Below are positions 52,894 to 63,000 of a DNA stretch of 64,000 bases, one piece after another (position 1 is the stretch's first letter; each line of letters begins with the position of its first letter). The DNA lies in NCBI GenBank assembly GCA_051362555.1, contig CM120640.1:68984788-69048787 (forward strand). The letters are read 5' to 3'. The notes under the pieces were generated by a model. The model did not search any database. It saw nothing but the letters and a program-made list of their open reading frames with translations, and was not told the origin of the DNA. Origin of the DNA: Lingula anatina. Taxonomy: Eukaryota; Animalia; Brachiopoda. The position numbers and the translations under genes are program-made.

Positions 52894-55800
52894 TTGGGGG
52901 GGGGGTCACCAGAGGTCACACCTAATATTTTGGTTCTAAAATATTGTAAAAAAAATGTAATTGAAATTTTTAAAATTCAACATTACTATTCTATTGGCTC
53001 TGCCCCTGTTTGCATTTAGTGTATGTACGTAAAGATCCCAACTGTTTTGTTGTAAATTGTTAAGCTAAGTTATGGAGAACTCTGGACATAGATATAAAAA
53101 AATGAAATACGTCAGACATTTGTCAGACAATTTCAAGTAAGGAGGAGACTATTCAAAAGTTAAAACATTTCTGTATAGTCAGTCTTTTCCTCGCATTGAT
53201 ACAATTTTTTCACTCTAACAGGGACGTCCTCCCACCAGTGTTTGGTCTAGTCCAGGACAGTGGGTCACCCAGTACGAGCTTCACTTTTCAACAGATGGAA
53301 CTCAGTTTTCATGTTACAAAGATCAACAGGCATCGTGCAGGGTAAGAAATAACATCCCAGTGGGAAATAGTTTTATTTAAAAAAAAGAAATTGATTAAAG
53401 GTGGCAAGGCATCACGTGTTGTGGCAATAGACAATATAACTCATCTATCATTGAGAGACAGAAGTTATCTTTGTTCTATTTACCCTCTTTTCACCTTCTT
53501 TAGAAAGAGGCCTTCAATGTACCATCAGCTTGTGAAATTCCATTCGACAGAAACTTTTTTGAAAAATCTTTTTTCATGTTTTTCTAGGCATGACAGATTG
53601 AAGTCAAGTTTGCCATTTGTAATTTATTTCAGGCATTTACAGGCAATTCCAACCCCACAGCAGTTGTCCACAATGACCTCCCTAAACCATACTTGGCTCG
53701 CTATGTCCGCTTCTATCCCAAAGCTATATACGGCTATGGTTCCATGAGGGTAGAGCTATATGGATACCCTACAGGTAAGTTACGGGAAATTTTTTTCTTC
53801 CACTATTGATATAAGGAAGGGATGAAAGTTGTACATTCTTGTACATTGTGCACAGTATGGTCTTAACTAGTATATGCATAGGCCAACATCACAATTTAAA
53901 TGTCAGATTTTTAGATGATTTTTAATTTAACAAATTGTTTTTGGGGAATTTGAAATTGCTTGCTTAAGCACAGTTGCACATTTAGTGTAACACAAAAACT
54001 GGTCAGTCTCCCCTCAATACAACCAGATCGCCGTGTGGTTTGAGTGAGCCCAAGGAGGCAAGAACAGCAACACCCAGTCTGCATCGGGACCAAAAATAAG
54101 AGGGTGTCTAATGGAATTAAACCACACTGAAATGCACGTGGAGTGTGGTTTACAAGAAATGAACCTTACTTTAATTTGTGATTTGTGGTGATGTAAATTT
54201 GCATATCTTTTAGAAAATAAAAATGACATATAATTAATAATATCTTTTGTTCTGTATTGTTTTCATATTTGAGTGGTATGCAGTCATATGTCCATGTGAA
54301 GTCAAAGATTCTGCTTGACAGAGCACTTGTCTTTTTTGTTGTCCTGTTGAATAACTGAATCTTTTCTTTCTATTTTTCTATTGAAGACTGGAGTATGCTG
54401 GCAGCAGTTCCTAACAGTCAAGGTGGAAAATCTGTTGATGTCACAGAGTTCAGTGGAGAGGTATTTGCGGCTGTGACAAAAACAAGCACCATGACAGTCT
54501 CTAAATGGAACACAAACACCCAAGCATTTGACGAAATCCAGAATTTAAATGTTGGGCCTACTGCAGCAAAACCATCCTTCTTTAAAGCAGGTAATATTTT
54601 ACATTCATGGGCTGGTATATATAGGCATGCAACACAGTCTGTTTTAGTTTGTGAGATAAATATGAAAATTAGAGGACAGATATCTCCGTCCAAATAAGGC
54701 CACACTTTTTTATTTTTATGGATGACATCCTGCGCGTGCACCGATTTTCATCCGTTCTCCGGAAAAAAAAAAAAATTCTCCCCCCCCCCCCCCCTCCAAC
54801 GAAGTCGGTTGTCGCAAACGTCGTTATTGAATTTGCCCGAAAAATGAGCTTTCTGCGCATGCGTATTATCGCCACGTAGAAATATGGCCGCTTTGCTGTC
54901 AAATTCATCTCTAGGATTACTTTCAAATTACACGACAATTAATTATGTAAAGTCATAAAGAGAATGGGGCCGTTGTTTTGGATTGTTATGCCATTGATAT
55001 TGGGCATGGAGATATCCACTTTTTTACAATTATGCGAAAGGCTGGCGGTGGCCAGCGATTATCGCCCGGAAAATTTCAGTGACATTCTGTCCAAAGCAGC
55101 ACATACCAGGTTTTTTTGTAGCGAAAAAAGGGTTGACAGGGCGTCAAGGTATTTGGTGGGCAGAAGGTCGGTCAGGCCACCCGACAGTTTGGCTGTTTCC
55201 TGTGAGTCGAAGTAGACCAAATGACATTGACCGAAATTACCTTTTATAGATTTGGTGGTATTAAGCATATCTTAGCATCATTTTAAAGATTTCTGTGAAG
55301 TGTTCATAATGCTTTAATATTCTGAGTACAAATAAAGACACACTGTTTGTTTGATATTTGTTTTATTGATTGTTATACCAACAAAATGCATGAAATAAGC
55401 TAAATAGATTTGGTAATAGGCAGCATATATATCTATCAGGCCCGTAGCCAGCAATTTCAAAAGGGGGGTACTTTTTCTGAAAAAGTTGACCTTTTTCCAT
55501 AAAAACTTCATGTACCTAGATCAAATTTTACCCAGAGTGGACCTTTTCCCAGCAAAAGGGGTGGTTCTTTCTACTCTCCACCCCCCCCCCACCCCCCCAC
55601 CCCCCGGCTTCGGGCCTCTCTATTCATGACTTTTTTTTACCTTTCTACGAAGTATTCACAATGCTTAAATATTTTGAGAGCATGGATAAAGACATATTGT
55701 TAGTTTAATATGTGTTTCTGTGGTAAATTTGTGTTTCCAGCTGTGTACTGACAGCATTCCTTTACTTAAATAGCATTTTTTTTTTTTTAACTGTTCTTTT

Positions 55801-56439
55801 TTTTTTTTTTTCGCCCTCTCGCACCGATTTCGGGGTCCCAAGAGGATGTCATCCATAAAAATAAAAAAGTGTGGCCTAAACCAAATCTTAGGATTTGTGG
55901 GATAAAATTCTTAATTTTATTTAGATTGTAAAAATAGATTGGTTGTAGAAATAACATTTATGTAGATCACATGCAGAACCTTCAGGAGTATACAAGGTAA
56001 AGGACTTCAGTTTCACTGGCCAAAATGAATTGAGAGTGGAGTCTAGATGTTTTTGCACAGTGGTTGGGTTAATTGGTCATGTTATTGAATAAATTTTTTT
56101 TTTTTTTAACAAAGGAGAAAAGTCCATTGAACTGTTCTTACATTCCTAAAAATCCAACAGTAGTGTTCACATTACTCGTTTCTATTGATTACAGGTGGCA
56201 AGCTGTACCTGACCGCAGCAGACGAAAATGCATCCCAAGTGACCAACCCAGTCTATGTATGGGACGGGAGTAGTTGGTCGTCCCACACCACACTGGACGG
56301 ACACAGTGCCAAAGCCATCATTCCTTTCCAGCGTGACCGGGACACTTTCCTGGCTGTGCTGAACTACTTCAGTGATCAGCATTCCAGTTCTCATGCCAGA
56401 CACTATGATGCCTACCCCTTCATATACAAGTGGGCTTGA
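31798..56439 (+). CDS. Uncharacterised secreted mosaic protein (~1213 aa): SP-PAN-EGF-EARx2-[CC-repeat propeller-FA58C]-EARx2-[unnamed domain-FA58C]-EARx3
   Basis: 23 GT-AG exons, all phases consistent, 3642 nt with no internal stop: 31798-32121, 32522-32654, 32942-33047, 33413-33551, 35481-35598, 35774-35966, 45542-45678, 46032-46292, 46907-47021, 47268-47382, 48143-48247, 48956-49103, 49396-49592, 49847-49973, 50334-50429, 50668-50813, 51477-51576, 51948-52097, 52447-52667, 53222-53341, 53633-53774, 54387-54590, 56195-56439. Motifs: signal peptide MGISSILLVVLFLQASLG; PAN C-x3-C-x5-C..F.Y..C.L; EGF C.C..G..C; discoidin LGMESGAIPDS / WC / LQIDL / QGR / ARYVRF.P / MRVELYG. Confidence 0.85.
33561..33731. 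mobile_element. MITE with long internal inverted repeat, related to 30154-30319
   Basis: taacagatctgcagatcaaatatggc / gccatatttgatctgtggatctgtta inverted pair; ATT on both flanks. Confidence 0.6.
36290..37075. repeat. 161-bp tandem satellite, ~5 copies
   Basis: Unit start ccgataacac at 36290, 36451, 36612, 36773, and diverged at 36934. Confidence 0.9.
37485..37968. repeat. Second array of the same ~161-bp satellite, 3 copies
   Basis: Unit starts at 37485, 37645 and 37807. Confidence 0.88.
38212..38548. mobile_element. Kolobok-like MITE (TTAA target)
   Basis: 16-bp TIR AGGGATAATAACTCTT / AAGAGTTATTATCCCT; TTAA at 38208-38211 and 38549-38552. Paralogous segments near 40050 and 44360 lack the insert. 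Confidence 0.8.
40107..43716 (-). mobile_element. 5'-truncated RTEX-like non-LTR retrotransposon
   Basis: APE remnant (GDFNART, IVDY, SDH), RT (FIDFSKAFDSV, GVKQGDTLSP, LLYADD, YLG) and C-terminal CRLC..EDEYHFIFQC. One in-frame TAA at 43361-43363. AATAAA followed by a (TTGAA)4 tail. TSD ATTAAT at 40101-40106 and 43717-43722. Confidence 0.92.
40538..43312 (-). CDS. ORF2 remnant (reverse transcriptase) of the truncated LINE
   Basis: 924-aa open frame with RT motifs; in frame with ORF 43361-43690 across a single stop. Confidence 0.85.
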   Translation of the reverse strand: MYSTIPYFHVNDLSIFSDHALLELKLYCKTTYNKHTKSIQLIPKPTKFIWENNSHIKFVEALGNMESKQKVDYFMSQALSPEEALPLVNEIFTTAAERALKSRKYTSVHPRKNKKRATWYSNDLKSLRSHLKNLAKLRSKKPFDNSVNASYYQTFNRYKRGCKKAKKEYKKGLLQKLQSMENANPKCFWKAVKDLNMESTQTEFIEPSEFYEYFKSLCEETESSKHNFDKDFKLKIENKLRQSEMNSPDRTALDHDISADEIMSNIKKLKNGKSTGEDKVTNEMIKSGKDYLIDVIVKLFNIIYKSAKYPSIWNKAYIVPIHKSGDESNVNNYRGISITSCLGKLYNSVLLNRIQAHASQQGVPLPHQTGFKHGHGTSDNIFIFKSIITKFMKGKKKLYTCFIDFSKAFDSVWRNGLLFKLSTLGIRGLMYKNIKSMYENSQACVKTSSGIFPAFNTTLGVKQGDTLSPFLFNIFIDDLLRSIDSESAASPDINGIPIQGLLYADDLILMSKTPNGLRQSLEIVENFCNKWRLTVNVTKTKVVIFNSKSKAHSENFFLYGKPIQEVNKYMYLGLLLNRSGSFTETKNNLLQRATKAFFSLSKSLPLQSNVNTSLKEKLFDTLISPILTYCSEIWGYSVSTDNCPTEKLHLKFCKQILGLHQNVSNYGVYTELGRLPLYTKIQFASVKLWCKIIQMSDATLMKQAYIQEINSYKLLTPYVPPAVHTLRPACMSWSEGIRKILFTFGLGDVWLSQSPPKNFTTIFKQRQTDHFTQICNSKLQANSKLSLFRILNQKCERATYVDKITNYDTLSTLAKLRLSDHKLHIETGRHTRPKTERCDRICRLCTQGVIEDEYHFIFQCPMYKTDRVTFFSKTSFLKADSRPPDSQLCHVFNSANKDTLVSLSNFIIKSFKKRSEVVALLGNS
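44016..44183. mobile_element. CAGGGG-terminal MITE, copy 1 within a tandem duplication
   Basis: caggggtggat..gatctgctccag flanked by TTATTG on both sides; homologous to 4763-4944. Confidence 0.7.
44759..44926. mobile_element. CAGGGG-terminal MITE, copy 2 (duplicated together with its flanks)
   Basis: Near-identical to 44016-44183, with the same TTATTG flanks. Confidence 0.7.
52821..52893. repeat. (TG)n microsatellite
   Basis: Read directly from the sequence. Confidence 0.95.
54698..55876. mobile_element. PIF/Harbinger-like non-autonomous element, ~1.18 kb
   Basis: Perfect 34-bp TIR GGCCACACTTTTTTATTTTTATGGATGACATCCT; TAA at 54695-54697 and 55877-55879. Confidence 0.88.
55437..55617. mobile_element. 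Small hAT-like MITE nested in the Harbinger-like element
   Basis: caggcccgtagcc / ggcttcgggcct termini with a C-rich subterminal tract. Confidence 0.55.
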
Positions 56440-57380
56440 TTGGCATTACCAATCTTGACCTCATTAATTGTGCCTTAATGAATTCTGCTGTATGTGAGTT
56501 TGCTTACTGTAAATGAAGTCAACTTTCGCGTAATCTTACAAATCTGACAAAATACTTATCTGCGTTATGGAAATAATCAAATTCTGTTTTTCTCTGTTTA
56601 ATATCTATTGATATGTTTTATATACTGATATTTTTACCATATATCTTTTTCTCTCCAACTTACATTACAATGAGTTTCAGCAGTTTCATTTTAAATTGAT
56701 GGACTTTGTTTTAGAGTTTTGACGATGCCATTTCAGGCAAATGGCAAAGTTTTATGGTATTGTGGTTAAGTGAGATGTCAGTCTTTTCAAAGCAAAAATA
56801 ATCTATATAATTTTGTGTGCACTGTGATATATCATCATTTTCTCAATTAAGCAAAATTTTCTAAAATCTTAATGAGATATATTGATGTCAGGAAGTTAAG
56901 ATACTGCAAGCATAAGATCATTTCATGCACAATCTGCATGTGCTGAGGAACTTTATATTCAGCAAAAGAAGTTGGACTATTTCCTGACATCTCTAGGTAT
57001 GTTGTCATACAGGGAAACTTGGCTACAAACTTTTATGTAAAAAACTTTGTTAGAAACTTGTTTAGTAAAGACTTTGATCAATAAAACCCCATGTGTATCT
57101 TACAACTATTGTAGGACCTTAGAAAACAAAGGATAACATTATTTTTATTTCCAGTTTTGTTTTTAAAAAAATTCAATATGTCAAAATTAAGTACAAATCT
57201 ATTTTTAATATTCTTCTTTGTATGATGATTGAAATAAACTGTATGACTGTGCATATTACATGGTATTGGTGTATTAACTTATATGCATGATTGTAACAAA
57301 ACGCTTTCTGGAAAAAAAAAAGAAGTTTGGCAGACATATCATTAATGCTGCTTTGCATTCCACAATAACCACTGACATTG

Positions 57381-58514
57381 TTACAGTTTACTAGAATAAA
57401 AGCTCTGTAATGGCTTGACGTGCCCAAAAGGTTGTTGTACGTTACATACTATTTGAATATCACTTGAATTCCTAATTTCAAACCTATGGAGGGTGGTGGC
57501 CTTTGTGCGTAATTCTTCAATACTTTCCTCAAATTCTGGGGTTTCTGTGTTATTTTCACAGTCCTCCACATACAAACAATCCTGAGGTAAAATGGACAAT
57601 GCCCCATCTTTACAGTTCATCCTTATTGGTAACCATCTTTCATTGCCAAAACAAGCCCTTCTCACAGCAAACTTTTGTAAATCAAGGATCTTGTTGAAGT
57701 TCCTGAGTCTGCACAGTTCATACAATTGTGGGGGTGCGTACCAGATTCTCCTTTTCCTGTACTGCGTCAAAGCTGCATCTGGTGTGTACCATTCAGAGGA
57801 AACCATCTCTCGTTTACAAAATGCTGTATCAGGTACAGTATTGGTACATACAATATAAAACATTGTATCATATCGTCTGTTCTGACCAGGTCCTGTTACT
57901 TTGAAAGCCATGTCTGTAGGTGTGAGCCAGTCACTCCATTCACTAAGAGCCCAAACATCGGGTACAATTTTCAATTCTTTACACATTCCTATAAAATTCT
58001 GAGCACTGTCGTCAACTTTCCTCTGCCAATACTCAAGCACTGAAACTTGTGCAACATCACTGCTGATATTTCTTATTGTTTTGGCAAGCTCTATGTGGGG
58101 ACTGGAAAAAATGTCTTCATAGTTTTTAACCACTAGAATTCCAGACTCTTCAAATGTTTCCCTTATTGCACATATTCTTAATGCCACTTCATTGGGAATA
58201 ATACTCCCATAGTTATTCTTATAAAGAGGTGGCCTGACTGCAGCAGAATGTTCCAGGATGGCTGTAGAGGTTGTGAAACCTGCAGCTTGGAATACCTCCA
58301 TCCATTCTTCAGAATAATCAGCAGGGTCCAAGACACCACCTGGGAAAACATGAGCACTGGGCATAAACTTGCTCTTGCTACTTCGCTTCAGCATGAGAAG
58401 ATGGTAGTCCTGGTAAATATGTCTGGGGGATTTCTGAGATGTTAACTGCAAAGGAGATTTCCCCCTTCTGGCTGCCAGTATGAGTGTGGCAGCATCCTTC
58501 CATGGCCTAGACAT
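57381..58514 (-). CDS. NUDT19: Acyl-CoA diphosphatase NUDT19 (Nudix hydrolase 19), peroxisomal
   Basis: 377-aa uninterrupted ORF with W.DAATLIL, LMLKRS..SKFMP.A.VFPGG, the Nudix box RICAIRETFEESGIL, WSDWLTP, RRYDTMFY and APPQ.YEL.RL, ending in the PTS1 signal SKL. Confidence 0.93.
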   Translation of the reverse strand: MSRPWKDAATLILAARRGKSPLQLTSQKSPRHIYQDYHLLMLKRSSKSKFMPSAHVFPGGVLDPADYSEEWMEVFQAAGFTTSTAILEHSAAVRPPLYKNNYGSIIPNEVALRICAIRETFEESGILVVKNYEDIFSSPHIELAKTIRNISSDVAQVSVLEYWQRKVDDSAQNFIGMCKELKIVPDVWALSEWSDWLTPTDMAFKVTGPGQNRRYDTMFYIVCTNTVPDTAFCKREMVSSEWYTPDAALTQYRKRRIWYAPPQLYELCRLRNFNKILDLQKFAVRRACFGNERWLPIRMNCKDGALSILPQDCLYVEDCENNTETPEFEESIEELRTKATTLHRFEIRNSSDIQIVCNVQQPFGHVKPLQSFYSSKL

Positions 58515-58568
58515 TCCTGAAACCAGTCAAACATTTTCAATGAACTGCAGTACCATACAGTACTGTAG

Positions 58569-59600
58569 ATGTATGTACAGATCAGTTACAGTTGTGAGTT
58601 ACAGAATAGAAACTGGAACTCACAACCAACTAACCCCGGCAACACACATCACATCGTGGGATCCCATCAAACACACAGGCAAAACAAAAGCAGCTGGAAT
58701 CAAGGCTATTGCAACCCGGACAGGCATCACAGCAACTACTTGAATATAGACAATGTAGTCATATCTAGTTCGATTGGGAAAGATCTGCTAGCAGAAAAAC
58801 TATTCCCGAAGACAAACAGCCGCTGCTATATATTAAATGGAAAACAAATTTCGGATGCCAAAAAACTAATGACAGAAAATCATTTCGGACAACCCAGAAC
58901 TGTCACAGTCATCATAGGCTCTAATAATATCAGCGCAGGCCAACCCCCGCAGCAGGTGGCAGAGGAACTAAGTGACCTAATTAACCACACCAGACAACAA
59001 TACCCAAAAACAAAAATAATTGTCAGTGATATTCTCCCCCGTTGGGGAAATGAACAATTCAACGCGAATGCACTACAGGCAAATGCCATCATTCAGGACT
59101 TCTGCCACTCCTTGCCAGGAGTCCACTTCATGATGAATCATAACATAATAGGCAGAAGAGATCTTTTTACTACAGATGGAATACACCTCGCCCGGCCTGG
59201 AGTTATCACTCTTGCACGTAACATAAAGATGGCTTCAGGCACCATGCATCCAAACAGCACCTACATCTCCCACTCATACCAGCCCAGAGGACACCGCAAC
59301 AGCAAAGTGTTATCTTATCCACGTGACATCCAGCAGCACCAACATCCCGTTGGAAGTGAACTGAAAATGCTGCATTTGGAAAGATGGCAAAATGACAGCA
59401 GAAACCTCCACGTATATCCTCATTCCAACCAAAATAGGAACCACTACGGCCACAGTGAAAGAGAGGTGCCCCATAGACAACACATCGCTAACAACAGAGA
59501 TGGACAGACACTGCAGCAGCCAAATACACCGGTACGCGATAGTGACAATAACACTTTCATAATAGAAACGCTAAGGAATCTACTAAGCTACATTAGCTAA
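58569..59600 (+). CDS. LINE ORF1 with SGNH/GDSL esterase-like domain
   Basis: Block I-like VVISSSI, block III IIGSNN, block V DGIH; followed by an H/Q/N-rich tail. Confidence 0.75.
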   Translation: MYVQISYSCELQNRNWNSQPTNPGNTHHIVGSHQTHRQNKSSWNQGYCNPDRHHSNYLNIDNVVISSSIGKDLLAEKLFPKTNSRCYILNGKQISDAKKLMTENHFGQPRTVTVIIGSNNISAGQPPQQVAEELSDLINHTRQQYPKTKIIVSDILPRWGNEQFNANALQANAIIQDFCHSLPGVHFMMNHNIIGRRDLFTTDGIHLARPGVITLARNIKMASGTMHPNSTYISHSYQPRGHRNSKVLSYPRDIQQHQHPVGSELKMLHLERWQNDSRNLHVYPHSNQNRNHYGHSEREVPHRQHIANNRDGQTLQQPNTPVRDSDNNTFIIETLRNLLSYIS

Positions 59601-60098
59601 ATATGAACTGCATAAACTATTGAACGATACAGATGGACTTTAAAAGATAAAGTAAAACTGAGACCTCTCAGTAACGATGAATCTCAATATATAACATACT
59701 GGTACCATATACATAATTAAGCCTCTCAAAAGCATTCAATAAAGAAGCCGAAGAAGATGGGCTGTGGTAAGTCAATGTAGACAGTTAAGTAATTGTAAAG
59801 CAATGTAGTTATTAAGCTGTTGTTTGTTATCAGTTGATAGAGTTACATCCAAATAGATTAAATGCAATACTAGATTACTGAGTTTAAACAATTATAGTTA
59901 TTACGTCAATGGAATTTGTTTCAATGGATCAAAGTTGATTTTAAATGCAATCAATACCTATAGTTTGAAAAATGGTATAAACGCAGTAAACAATCCAGTC
60001 TAAAAGACTGAAAATGATACAATTGAATCTAGAAAGCTTGCATAGACGTAAGACAGTTAAAATACTAGAAGCTCTGAAGCATCCAATATTTCAGTAGT

Positions 60099-63000
60099 AT
60101 GTCGCAAAACCTTAGAATAGGAATGAGAAATGTTCATGGCCTTAGCGAAAAACTTAAGGACACTTACTTTGTAAATACACTCTCTAAATATGATATAGTG
60201 GGTCTTGTAGAGACCTGGAGTAGCATTAGATCAAATGTCAATTTCCCCGGAAGTGATTATGTACATTTTCACCAAATTCGAAATAAGAAAAAACTGAAAG
60301 GTAGACCTTCAGGTGGCATAGTAGTATACTACAGAAAAATTCTTATGCAAGGTATCACAAGAGTAGATAGTAGTAGTGAAGATCTCTTATGGGTACGGCT
60401 AACTAGAGAGTTTTTCGGCTTTGAAAGAGATATTTTTGTTTGTTTTGTTTATATAAAACCACAGAATAGTACAAGTGGAACAATTGAACAGAGCACCTAT
60501 GACGTGCTAGAAAAGGAAATCGCTCTATATAGCCAGAAGGGAGATATTATGTTAGCTGGTGACTTTAACAGCCGTACCCACAATATGAAAGAGTACATAG
60601 AGAATGATGAAGTAAACAGAGTGCCACTTCCAGACACTTATACCTGTGATACAAGAGTAAAGATAAGAAATAATCTGGACCACAAAATTAACCCTTTTGG
60701 CTACTCACTGGTCAACCTATGCATCTCTGCACAGTTACGTATCTTAAATGGCAGAAAACAGGGAGATACTCTCGGATACTATACATGTCACAGTAATAAT
60801 GGGAATAGTGTGGTAGACTACATGGTGGTTGGTTCAGATCTATTCAAATCAATCAAAAATTTCTGTGTAAACCCCATTGACTATATCTCAGACCATTGTT
60901 TACTGGAATGCATTCTTGAAATGAAAACAAAACAAGGTGAAAAAACACAACAACATGAAACTACAAATATTAAAAGCAAATTTATATGGGATAAAGACTC
61001 CAAAGTAGCCTTTGAAGAGGTTTTCATAAGTGCAGGAATAACACAAAAAATTATAGATTACGAATGCACCTCTTTTGCTAATAACGAATCAGGAGTAAAT
61101 GATGCAGTGAATGAGTTCACAAACATAATGGAATCAGCAGCAAACCGGGCACTCAAAAGAAGGCGTTCACATGTTAACAAAAAATCCAAACACAAAATGA
61201 AACAACCGTGGTTCGACCAGGACTGTAACATACTAAGAAAAGAAAGTATAGGACTAGGAAAAAAGCTGAGAAGAGACCCATTTAATATGGCACTGAAAAC
61301 TAGTTATCATCGAGCAACAAAAGAATACAAAAAACTAGTAAAATATAAAAAGAAGCAAATGAAAAACAATATTTTGAACAACCTATTACACATGGAAAAT
61401 AAAAACCCTAAAGAATTTTGGGAAATCATAGGGCAATTGAAGGGGCAAATGAAAAGTGACTCATCGGAATACATTGAGCCCAATACTTGGTACAACTACT
61501 TTAAAAAATTAGGTGAGAGTCAGAACTCTCAAAATGATCAGAACTTACACGAAAGTCTAGCCAACCTAGAAAAACACTTAGACCAAGAACAATACAAAAA
61601 GTTGGACTATCCCATAACCATCAAGGAAATTAAATCAGCTATCAGAGGTCTGAAAATCAGGAAATCATGCGGAGAAGATACAATATCTAATGAAATGCTA
61701 AAAACGTCTGCCGCATTCATAGCTAAATCACTGGCTAAACTATTCAATCTAATCCTAGGTAGTGGTAAATTCCCCTCTCTTTGGAATAAAGGTATGATAA
61801 AGCCACTGCTGAAGTCTGGAGATCCCTTAAACCCACAAAACTACCGAGGAATTTGTATAAGCAGTTGTTTAGGAAAACTTTTCACTTCAATTCTAAATAC
61901 CAGGCTTCTCTCTTACATCGAAGAATGTGAATCTCTTTCTAAAGAACAAGCAGGGTTCCGCCCTACATATAGAACCTCAGACAATATGTTCATTCTAAAC
62001 AGCCTTATTAACCAATTCATCAATAAGAATAATAAGTTATACGCATGTTTTATAGATCTTAAAAAAGCTTTTGATAGCGTGTGGATTGAAGGTCTATTCC
62101 TCAAAGTATTAAAACAAAAAATAGGAGGAAACTTTTACAGAACAATAAAACACATGTATCAAACTACAGAGCTGTGTGTCAAAATTGGCCAAAGACGCAC
62201 AAACTACTTTAAGACAGATATAGGAATAAGGCAAGGTGACAGCTTGAGTCCAATGCTTTTTAATATTTACATAGATGATATGAAAAATATATTCAACAGC
62301 ACATGTGATCCCGTAAAAGTTAATGCCAACACTACAATCAGTCACCTTTTATATGCTGATGACCTCGTTATTCTATCTAAATCTGCAAAGGGCCTACAAA
62401 AAAGTCTGGACAATCTGGGGGACTACTGCAAAAAATGGAAACTCACAGTCAATACCAACAAAACGAAAGTAATGGTATTTAGTAAGTCAGGCAAAAAACC
62501 AAACATGAATTTCACAATAGACCATCAAACAATAGAAATAACACATGAATATAATTATTTAGGGATAAAATTCAAACCGAATGGATCATTCAAAAGCGCA
62601 CTTGATGATCTGAAAGGTAAAGCCATGAAGGCGGTTTTTGCAGTTAAGCAGGCTTTACAGTCCACCACCCACAATATGACCCAGACACATTTAAAACTCT
62701 TCGATGTCCTTATAAAACCCATACTGATGTACGGATGCGAAATCTGGGGACCATCAATCACATCTAAAAGCATAAAATCTCTTAAATACATGAATACTTT
62801 GCCATTTGAAGTAGTACAAAATAACTATTGCAAATACATTTTAGGTGTGAGGCGCAATGCCAGTAATATAGCAGCTAAAGCAGAACTAGGTAGATTCCCA
62901 ATTACACATGACATAATTGGTCATGCTACATCCTACTGGCAAAGATTTTCTGAAATGCCAAAGCAGCGCTTGGCAAAAACAATGTATGAATATGAAACAA

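Noticed and set aside
31798-56439. Splitting this region into two or three genes at the 9.6-kb intron
   Set aside because: The phase-2 junction 35966->45542 restores a Trp in the middle of a repeat, all phases are continuous, and there is only one signal peptide and one stop.
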